Assembly: GCA_017499595.2 (NCBI GenBank)
Contig: CM039008.1
Location: 2,728,001 to 2,792,000 of the forward strand
Length of the DNA: 64,000 nucleotides
Direction of reading: 5' to 3'
From: Psilocybe cubensis
Taxonomy: Eukaryota
Shown piece by piece: positions 25,524 to 35,124 of this stretch. The position numbers and the translations under genes were made by a program. The notes below the pieces were generated by a model. The model was not told where the DNA came from. It was given only the letters and a program-made list of their open reading frames with translations, and ran no database searches. The first letter of the stretch is position 1. Each line of letters starts with the position of its first letter.

Positions 25524-26471
25524 ATGCAGACGAGGAGTCAGCGACAACATACTGGCAATGGCAGTGTTAGGATACCTACCCAGCTACCCGAACGCCCGTC
25601 GAGCGGCCGTAAAGATCAAGTGCACGATGCCTCCGGAAGCAAAAACTATCACCCAGATCAGCATCAGGGTCCCGCCCGGGGCATGATCCAATACTGCGAC
25701 CTACCGTCAGGTTCAGTTCCCCCTTCACTTACCACGGCTCTTCAGGACATGATGATACCTTTTTGCAGCGCTGTATTTGCTCCTCCACATGGCTACGTGC
25801 TAATCTCAGAACCAAATGACTGCGTTACACTGAGGTTATCTATCCCTGAAGGCCCTGTTCCAGGACAATATATCCAACCGCCATACCACATCCTCTCCAT
25901 GCATTATATGCGAAGTTCGATGCCTGTACAGCACCGTGTAGTCGCATGGCACTGTCTGGCACTCGTAGCTGGGAACCAGCGCCCGATGATTAACCAATGC
26001 TACGAATATTACCTGCAAAACTATGGCCAGAATTTTACCGAGCCTCCAATGATTATCTTCAGCACCATGCCGTTTCTTCAGGGGGGTGACCAGCTTGCGT
26101 TTGATCTGATGGAGTACATTATCCGCATTGTGGGGCTCATAATGGGAGAACCTGGGAAGTGGCATGAGTACCAGACCAATGCCGTTGATGTTTTAGGATT
26201 GAAAAGAGACTACGGTGCACAGCAAGAGCGAATGTCGTCCATCAATCGCGTGATCATCGAATTGTTGTATCATATCATGAAAACGCTACCCGCCAGATTC
26301 AGAGCCTTGATAAAATGTGATTGGTTTCCAAAAGAGTTCTCTACGGAAGGGTTTGAGGACGGTGTGACCTGGGCTGATGCAAAAACCGTGTTTCAAAAAG
26401 GATTTGGAAAGAAAGAAAGCAGTTATGTTGCGTATCGGCTTCCTAAACGACCTGCATACATACCGGCGTAG
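25524..26471 (+). CDS. Intronless hypothetical protein, 315 aa
   Basis: Long open frame from MQTRSQRQ with a TATA-like GATATATA about 75 bp upstream; globular-looking composition. No family recognised. Confidence 0.65.
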   Translation: MQTRSQRQHTGNGSVRIPTQLPERPSSGRKDQVHDASGSKNYHPDQHQGPARGMIQYCDLPSGSVPPSLTTALQDMMIPFCSAVFAPPHGYVLISEPNDCVTLRLSIPEGPVPGQYIQPPYHILSMHYMRSSMPVQHRVVAWHCLALVAGNQRPMINQCYEYYLQNYGQNFTEPPMIIFSTMPFLQGGDQLAFDLMEYIIRIVGLIMGEPGKWHEYQTNAVDVLGLKRDYGAQQERMSSINRVIIELLYHIMKTLPARFRALIKCDWFPKEFSTEGFEDGVTWADAKTVFQKGFGKKESSYVAYRLPKRPAYIPA

Positions 26472-26862
26472 ACTTAAACCTGTAACTAATATTGTTATAT
26501 TCCCTGCACCGTTGGTATCCGTTGCAAATGTATGAAAACATTTTCCCACTATCCTGTATTACAGCCATATCATTTCATACCTAATATGTTCGGAAGTCGG
26601 TACCCAGAATTTTGACGGAACCTATCCCGGTGGACGCATCACAGGAGTCTGACAGAGAGTGCACTACAGTTTGGTTCAGTGTGTAAAGTGCTGAGCGATA
26701 CAATGGATCGGAGAGAACCGCGCTCTGGCGGGAAGGTTCGGAATGACGATCTACATGTGATATGTGTGAAATAACTGTTGGCCGAGACTTTGCCGAAGGG
26801 AGCGAACATAAACAGGATGGACAGTTACACTGCAAAATCATTTTCGGACATCACTTTGGATA

Positions 26863-28003
26863 TTAGATAAGTAGGTATCCTCCTTCGACGTCAATCTTTT
26901 GACCTGTGATATATCCACACCTTATGGACAAGAAGTAAGTGTGTTGCATAATCAATATATTTGAGAAAAGTGAACTCACTTCATGACAAATAGATATGCC
27001 TCTGCGCACTAAAAAAACGAGATATTGTAGTAAGTCTAAGTTACCCTATCATATTGATAAAAATGAAATGTTTACCTCGCTGGGATCACCACCCCGCTTC
27101 ATGAGAATCTTTTCAACATAAGTCTTTGTGATATGGTCCTTGTGCTCTCCAAACATCTTCTCAATGAGCTGTAAGTATGTCATTGTTGAATATAATTGGA
27201 CGAAAACAATCAATTTGAATTTTTAAACACAAACCTCGGTGTTGATCTATATAGCAAACAAAAAATCAGAAACTGGTAATCGGTTTGTGAAGTAGAGGAG
27301 AAAGACTTACCAATCCTGGACATATAAGATTGACTCGAACTGGAGCGATGTCTACAGCTAAGCCTCGGGTTAAACCTTCCAGAGCGGTAGCAACACTGCT
27401 TCCAAGCGCTCCGCCTGGGAAAGGTCTCTGTCCCGCAATACCTGGAGGGTACAGTCTCAGTCAATAATTTTGATTCATGCACACCAACACATTGCTTCTA
27501 CCTGAAGTGAGTGTCAGAGATCCACCTGGATTGAACTTTGCGTGTTTCGCCACAATAAAGGGCCCCCAGAATCGAATGGTGAAGAGTCCTTGATATGACA
27601 ATGGAACCCCATTTAACATCAGTAATGGGTGTGGTCTGAGTACTGAGATTTTCTCACCCTGTCCTTTGTCCACTGAGTCTGCGATGGAGAAGGGACCCGA
27701 GGGACCTCCCAGCTCGGCCTTGGGGACGTCGCCACTGGTCCAAACAATATGATCCACTGCCCCAAGTGCAACTGCAAACGCTTTCACAGCGTCGGAGTCC
27801 TTTGCATCAAGCACCTCGCCGCGGATTTCCCCAGGTAAGTTGTGCGCTTTCAACCGTGCAACGGCGTCTTCGACGCGAGCTTTGTTGCTCGAAGCGATGA
27901 TAACGAGGCTTGCAAGCGATTGGAGTGCGCCGAGGGCTACTGCAAATCCAATGCCTGATGAACCGCCAACGACGACGACCTTTTTGTTTTGTAAGGTTGC
28001 CAT
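26863..28003 (-). CDS. Short-chain dehydrogenase, atypical subgroup (paralog 2)
   Basis: MATLQNKKVVVVGGSSGIG, DHIVWTSGD, ALEGLTRGLAVDIAPVRVNLICPG, CGYITGQKIDVEGGYLLI*. Same exon structure as paralog 1. Confidence 0.87.
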
Positions 28004-29036
28004 TATATTTATGTGTGATAGATGGGAAAGAAGATTGGAGTTTTTGTTAAGTTTTCAGTAGATTCAACCAGCCTTATATAGCACTCAGTAGATCAAGCGA
28101 GATATAAAACGCACACCAATAGTATGTTCAACACGTCATCCGTTTTGCCGGAAAAGGTGGCCGTAGTCTACGACATACAGCGGCAGGTGTTGTTTACAAC
28201 ATGATATTGATGGACGATGAACTGGTGATTAGAAAGCAGTACCACTTTGGGGGTTCTGATTGGTCTAAATGACCGCATAGTGTTTGTGACGCTTGGAAAA
28301 CTACGTTTAACCCATCACAGCTTCATTATTGCAGACATACGTAGGTCAATCATGAGATGCCGAGCGTCGCCTTCACTGTGTGCCTTACTAAGTTGCTCTT
28401 CACAGTTTGTCATGAATTCTATTGCCGCGCCTCCTTCTGATAATGTCTAATAGACTTTCGCTGCCGAGCTTGCGCGGCCTTCAGTCGAATCGCTACAGAC
28501 TTTGACAACGCAGTAGAGTGGCAATGGCTGATCGCTATATTAGCAATAGTTATATGATTGATGTCGAGTAGATATATACTCACGTATGTTTATTGTCTAT
28601 CCAGGGAATCCTAAACGCGTACTCTAACACCTCCAATGGCAATGTTGCGCGAGCAACGGCCGGATCAGGAGCGGCATACAATGAATAGCAACCAATTCCA
28701 AACTCAGCCCCGCCTCCATGCCGTCATGCCACACAATATAGTCCCACATCCGGACGAGTATAATGATCATGCCCATGTTTGCGTATATGTGTGTGTCCAG
28801 GATCAGGGTCGAAACTGGAGTCACAAACCCTTTGATCATTTGAACAGATTAATTAGGCACCCCACACCCGATGGATGCGATGCAAGTTCAAAAAGTCCTG
28901 GATATTTTATACAATTCAGCACGTCCGAGCAACCCAGTACACAGTGTGCGTCTCTTATCTGCTTCTTCCACTACCATCATGGACGGATTCTTAATATTAT
29001 TGACTACAAGGTGCCCTGAATATTTGAAGGAGTGGT

Positions 29037-29218
29037 TGTTAGAGTAGGACACCCACTCTAACAGTAGACACCCTCACGTGCCTCCGTGACACACTCGTAG
29101 CTACTTAGTCGCTCCCAGTAGCTACGTAGATCCCAGTTCCTTCTTTGTTTCTGTACCCATCAACATGCTTTTGCCTTCGCTTTCCGTTCCTCGTCCCCCG
29201 TTGGGTCTCCTCCTAACA
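29037..29218 (+). repeat. Gypsy 5' LTR
   Basis: TGTTAGAG...CTAACA; direct repeat of 38082-38263. Confidence 0.95.
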
Positions 29219-29279
29219 TCAAGAAGGAACTTAACATCAACAAACCCATTCTTCCCTCTCCCCTCTCTCTCTCGCCAAA

Positions 29280-29750
29280 CTGTCTGCCTCAACCCATATC
29301 CTCGCCCTTTCTCCCCTCCAACGCGATATCGCGTCTTACACCAACCTCTGTGACCGCCTCACTTGGCGACTTTTTTTCTTGCAAGGCGATTTGTTGGCAC
29401 ACGAACGTGTTCTCCGTTTTGCTTCCGATAACGGAGAGCCTTTCTCTGTTCTTCGTGCTCTCACCGCTGCGGTTATTGACTGCAAAGCTGTAATCTCCAA
29501 TACCTCTCTGTTGCTAGCTTCTGCCGAGGATCAACGACGCTCTCTCCTAGCTCGCGCTGAACAGATCCTAGAGCTGCACGAGCAATTCCACGCCCTCTCT
29601 CTTGAGTTTACCTGCTTGTGCTCGTCTTCTCCGATTGACCCTGTCTTCCTCGCCGATATTGACAGTCGCCTTCGTGAACAAGAAGCCATTCTATTCCCTC
29701 CCTGCTCTGCTACGCCTGACAGTCTCCCTGACCTCGCTGTCGATCATTAA
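29280..29750 (+). CDS. Extra ORF upstream of gag (helical, no ATG start)
   Basis: The frame of ORF 29379-29750 stays open back to at least CTG at 29280 (LSASTHILALSPLQRDIASYTNLCDRLTWRLFFLQGDLLAHE...), with a heptad-like stretch AEDQRRSLLARAEQILELHEQF. Confidence 0.4.
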   Translation: MSASTHILALSPLQRDIASYTNLCDRLTWRLFFLQGDLLAHERVLRFASDNGEPFSVLRALTAAVIDCKAVISNTSLLLASAEDQRRSLLARAEQILELHEQFHALSLEFTCLCSSSPIDPVFLADIDSRLREQEAILFPPCSATPDSLPDLAVDH

Positions 29751-29780
29751 ACGCGCATACACCCACCTTTCAGAGTGCAT

Positions 29781-29860
29781 ACATCCTGTTTTCAAGCCTT
29801 TTCAACGCATACATTCGCTTATATCCTGTTTTCAAGCCTTTTCAACGCATACATTCGCCT
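29781..29860. repeat. 40-bp tandem duplication in the Gypsy leader
   Basis: Two near-identical copies of atcctgttttcaagccttttcaacgcatacattcgc. Confidence 0.85.
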
Positions 29861-29925
29861 TTTTCTTCTGTACAACTTCTGTTTTCTCGCTCCTCGCCTT
29901 TTCCGCCCTCTTATTCCGCTGTACG

Positions 29926-31176
29926 ATGCCTCCTGCAAAAGGTAAAGGTAAATCGAAGTCAGTCTCGCCGCGTAGGAGCGACGATGACAATTCTGTTAAT
30001 GCCCAATCCTCTCGTGCTACCGAACGGGGACGCACTCGTGAACCCCATTCCCGCGTAGACCCTGCTATCATTGCACTGATCAAGGCAAATCAGGAATCTA
30101 GCAGGGAGTCCATGAAAGATATCCTCGAGCTTTCCTGCATCCAAACCGAGACTATGTTCCGTTCTTTCCTCGCTCTACCCCAACTACAAGCCGCCCCTGC
30201 TGCGAACGCTGTTCCCGCCACCCCGGCGCAATGTCGTCACGACTCCCGTGGCTATAAAGTCCCTTTTCCAGGAGCGTTCGACGGCTCTTCTGGTGCTGTC
30301 GAGGATCTTCTTGCTTCCTGGCGTAATTTTTTCCACTCCGATCCCGATGCCTACAAAACCGACGAAGCGAAAGTTCGCACCGCCTTGAGCTCCTTCAAGT
30401 CTGGATCACCCGCAATCTGGAGGAATCAGATCATCGACCAGATGGAAACGGGCGCTTACGTGGTGTCAACTTGGGCTGATTTTGAACAACGTGTCCGGGA
30501 TTCCTTCCTACATCACTACATCCAACAACGTGCCGGCCGCGAGATCATGTCGATCAAGCAAGGCTCCCTGTCGGCGCAAGAGTTCATCATCACTTTCGAC
30601 GAACTCGCGTTCCGGTCGAAGTTCAACGACGAATCCCTCATCCAATGTTTCAAACATGCCCTCAACGAGCGTATCCTTACGGAGATTGGCCGTACTCACA
30701 GGGAAATGACCACCTTCGCGGAATGGAAGAGCGCGGCCATTCTGATGGATCATCGGCTTTGTGAGAGCGACGCTATGGTCGATTCGAAACGCCGTGCGAA
30801 TTGGAACCCCACCTGGAAGTCCGCTTCCCCACAACCTACTTTGTCTGCTACCCCTTCGATTTCGCGCGCTCCCCCTGCCCCCCAACCAACGCCCGCCCCA
30901 AACGCTTCGCTTCCCTCCACAGTTAGCACCCTACAAAACACCCGTGCTACCCTTCCATGCTTCAACTGCGGTGTCTTCGGTCATTTCATGCGCGTTTGCC
31001 CAAAACCCAAAGACCTGGAGTTTCAGAAAAAGTCCCGCGCAAAACTCGAACGTGCGCGTGCCGTGCTCGAGTGCTTCGAATCGCTGCCTGATGAGGACAA
31101 GGAGGAGATACGATGTGTAGAGGTCCAGGAGGATTTTGTGTTGAGTGACCCGGATTTTCTTTTCTGCGCCGAGTGA
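29926..31176 (+). CDS. gag: Gypsy Gag
   Basis: PGAFDG capsid-like start, IKQGSLSAQEFIITF (major-homology-like region), zinc knuckle CFNCGVFGHFMRVC. Confidence 0.9.
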   Translation: MPPAKGKGKSKSVSPRRSDDDNSVNAQSSRATERGRTREPHSRVDPAIIALIKANQESSRESMKDILELSCIQTETMFRSFLALPQLQAAPAANAVPATPAQCRHDSRGYKVPFPGAFDGSSGAVEDLLASWRNFFHSDPDAYKTDEAKVRTALSSFKSGSPAIWRNQIIDQMETGAYVVSTWADFEQRVRDSFLHHYIQQRAGREIMSIKQGSLSAQEFIITFDELAFRSKFNDESLIQCFKHALNERILTEIGRTHREMTTFAEWKSAAILMDHRLCESDAMVDSKRRANWNPTWKSASPQPTLSATPSISRAPPAPQPTPAPNASLPSTVSTLQNTRATLPCFNCGVFGHFMRVCPKPKDLEFQKKSRAKLERARAVLECFESLPDEDKEEIRCVEVQEDFVLSDPDFLFCAE

Positions 31177-31230
31177 ATTGTACGTCCTCGACGCCTGTGT
31201 ACAATATTCCTGTAATTACACCCCAATTGC

Positions 31231-34200
31231 ATGTTTGTGCCCCACAACAAACCGTACTCGCCCCTTTGCCTCCCACCCTCTCGTCTGATGATTTCTTTCT
31301 TCCCCCTTCTGAGCGACCTGAGTCCCCACCCCCCCCTCGAAGCTGCTGACGCATCCGACGACGACGATGAACCTGATGACGACGATGACACGCCGGATTC
31401 AACACCACGCGACAATAACTCTGTCCCGCCCCTCAACACCCCGCTGTTGAATACCGAACAAACGATCCCTCCGGCGTCCCCTGTCCGCAATGCCCCTTTG
31501 GATTGGGCACCTTTGGTGCCTGCCAAAGTGCGCACCATCCTGCTGCAGATACGACAACTGCACCCCGCTTCTTGGCGTATAGAGAAGTTGCTGAAGTCGT
31601 GGGCCCCAAAAGAGCGTTGGGTCGACATTGACAACGACCTCATCAACGCCCTGTGCACCCTGCCGCTCGACCGCGCCACTAATGTCCTCGTGCAGCTGAA
31701 GCAACCACGAGACTACATCTCGCGGATTGGCAGCAAATGCCTCAACATCGGGATGGAGGTTGCCCAGCCTGGTTCCGACTCTACTATTCCCCTCAACGCG
31801 TTGCTGGACAGTGGCGCAACAGGTTGTTACGTCCATGCCGACTTCGTCCGTGAACACAACCTACCCACCAAGCGCCTACCCCACCCGGTCAGCGTCTACA
31901 ACGCGGATGGCTCCCGCAATGCTAATGGTGCCATCACGGACGTCGTCTTCCTCATCATCCGGATTGGTGACCACGTTGAATGTTTGCGGCTCTCCGTCAC
32001 CAATACTGGTTTCTCATGCGTCATCATCGGACACTCCTGGCTATGGTTCCACAACCCTCTTGTTGACTGGCGGACTGCAAAGCTCTGCTTTTCCCGCTGT
32101 CCTTCTTCTTGCGGTGCCAATGTCGTGACGACTACACACCCGGATGGCCACTCGATCAACGTCTGTTGCGACGACTCTGACCCCAACGACCGTGGCACAC
32201 CCTGCGACGCTGACCCCGAGGGCCCCTTCCAACCTCCGTCCGCCGAGGACTGGGCTGCCGCCTTTGCCACCGAGCTCACGGATGGCGAATCAATGTGTGC
32301 TGTCGACATGAATGATTTCCACCTTTCAACTCACTATGCCTCATCCATCGACCCTCGCACTTCCGAGTTCTTGCGTGCTCAACGTGAAGCTGCTTCCTAC
32401 CCTGACAGATATCTGAAAGAGTTTGCACCCGTGTTCTCCAAAGAGGAATTTGACGAGCTCCCACCCCGCCGCCCTTGGGATCATGCCATTAATTTGAAAC
32501 CCGACGCTAAATCCTTCAAGGCTAAGCCGTATCGAATGTCCCCTGCCAAGAGCGCAAAAGTCAGGGAGTGGATAGCTGAGGAGAAGCGAACAGGCCGCAT
32601 TCGCGACTCCATCTCGCCCTTTGCGGCGCCCTTCTTCTTCATCCAGAAGAAGGACGGCTCCCTCCGCCCTGTCCAAGACTACCGCCGTCTCAACGACATG
32701 ACAATCAAAAACCGATACCTCTTGCCCCTCATATCCGACCTCATGGACAAGTTGAAGGGCGCAAAAGTTTTTACCAAGTTAGACGTCCGCTGGGGCTTCA
32801 ACAATGTACGGATTCGGGAAGGCGACGAGCACAAGGCTGCGTTCATCACTGAGTGCGGGCTCTTTGAACCACTCGTCATGTTCTTTGGACTCACCAATTC
32901 GCCCGCCACCTTCCAAAACATGATGAATGACCTCTTTAAAGAGCTCATTGCCAAGGGCCACGTCGTCATCTATATGGACAACATTCTCGTATTTACTGAC
33001 GACATCGATTCGCACCGCTCGCTCGTCAAGCGCGTTCTCTCCATTCTCGAAGACAACAAACTCTACCTGCGCCCCGAGAAGTGCTCCTTTGAGCAGGAAC
33101 AGGTTGAATACCTAGGGGTCATCGTTGGCAATGGCGTCATGTCCATGGACCCGAAGAAAGTTGATGCAATTACCTCTTGGCCGACACCTCGCAATAGGAA
33201 GGATGTGCAGCAGTTCTTGGGCTTCATCAACTTCTACAGACAATTTATCAAAGACTTCTCCCGCACCGCTGCCCCCCTCCACTCCCTTGGAGGTTCTGCC
33301 CCATGGAAGTGGGATGCCGAGGAATCAAACGCCTTTCAACGATTGAAGTCAGACTGTGCCTCCCACCCCGTCTTACTGCTCCCGCGCGACGGCGCACCCT
33401 TCCGCATTGAAGCTGATAGCTCAGGCTATGCAACTGGCGCTGTACTCAGCCAGTTCGTCGACGGGACTTGGCGGCCTGTTGCTTTTGCTTCGAAGTCACT
33501 CAGCCCTGTTGAACGCAACTATGAGATCCACGACCGTGAATTGCTCTCCATTATGCGGTCCCTCGAAGACTGGCGCCGCTACCTCCACGGCTCTGACACC
33601 CTGGTTGAAATTCACACTGACCACAAGAACCTGCAATACTTTATGACCGCCCAGAAACTCAACCGTCGACAAGCGCGTTGGTCCCTGCAACTCGCCGAAT
33701 TTAACTTTGTTCTCGTCCACAAGCCTGGCCCGACAATGATCTGTACTGACTCCCTATCCCGACGCCCCGACTACGACAAGGGCGACTCTGACAACGCGAA
33801 CATTACACTGCTGAAGCCAGAGCACATCCGCCGCACCGCTTCCTGCAAGCTCCCCGACGACCCCATCCTCACTGACATTCGCGTTCACAAACATCAGATC
33901 GAGGAGATGTGGGACAAGCATAAGAACCTTCCGGGCTGGACCCTCGACGACGGCTTGCTATGTTGGCACAACAGGGTCTTTGTGCCTAACAAGGGAAACC
34001 TCCGCCAGCGTATCCTGTCCAACTGCCACAATCACCACACAGCTGGACACCCAGGCCGCGCAAAGACGATTGAACTCGTCCTCCGCAATTTCTGGTGGCC
34101 AACCCTCTCTAAAGACGTGATGCGTTTTGTCGACGGATGCCTGCGCTGCCAATCAACCAAGCCTCTGCGAATGGCGCCGGCTGGACTCCTAACGCCTAAC

Positions 34201-35124
34201 AAAATCCCAACTCGCAATTGGGAGGTCATTTCCTGCGACCTCATCGTTGACCTCCCCAAATCTCGTGGCTTTGATTCTATCTTTGTGGTTGTCGACCGCC
34301 TGTCAAAAATGGTTCGCATTATCCCATGCAAGAAGACAATCACCTCCGAGGGCCTTGCCAAGCTCTTCCGTGACCATGTGTGGAAGGATTTTGGGCTGCC
34401 CCGCAGGATTATATCCGACCGCGGGTCTGTTTTCCTTTCCAATTTCACCCGCGCCCTAAACGACCTCCTCGGCATCTCACACAATGCGTCCACCGCCTTC
34501 AGGCCTCAGACCGACGGCCAGACGGAACGCGCTAACCAGGAAATCGAGCAATACCTCCGACTCTTCGTCAACGCCCGCCAGAACGACTGGGTGGAATGGC
34601 TTGCGTGCGCCGAATTCGCGATCAACAACAAGGTCAACGCTTCGACAGGGTTCTCGCCTTTCTTCCTGAACTACGGCTCCAACCCTATGCGCCCGATGCG
34701 AGTCTCGCGTCTGTCTGACAACCGCGTGCCCAAAGCCCTCGAGTTTGCAACCCAGATGGACGCACTTGCTAAGGAATCAGCAGCCGCGCTCAAACTTGCG
34801 GCCGACGCCATGAAGCAGTCCTACGATGCTTCACACCGCGATGCACCAGTGTTCAACGTTGGCGACCTCGTCATGCTCGATGCCTCCAACATCAAGTCTA
34901 CTCGCCCCTCCAAAAAGCTCGATGTCAAGCGACACGGCCCCTTCCCCGTTACCAAGCGTGTTGGCCTCCAATCTTATACCCTACAATTGCCTGCCTCCTG
35001 GTCAATCCACCCCACTTTTCACGTCTCAAAACTCACTCGCTACACGCCCCCCGCCTTCGAGTCCCAAAGTGTTCCCCACGCGCCTGCCCCGATCCCTCTC
35101 GCGACACCTTCACCTGGCATAGCC
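31231..35124 (+). CDS. pol: Gypsy Pol (protease, RT, RNase H, integrase); RT motif mutated; C-terminus displaced by an insertion
   Basis: LLDSGAT protease; KLDVRWGF, FGLTNSPATFQ, YMDN in place of YxDD; EADSSGYATG RNase H; HNHHTAGH...CLRC zinc finger; ISDRG and DGQTER integrase; GPF module. Confidence 0.93.

Noticed and set aside
28247-29019. Short ORFs on both strands before the Gypsy LTR
   Set aside because: No consistent splice model or family motif could be built.
30482-35122. Many 60-220 aa antisense and alternate-frame ORFs within gag/pol
   Set aside because: Shadow ORFs of GC-rich coding sequence with no independent motifs.
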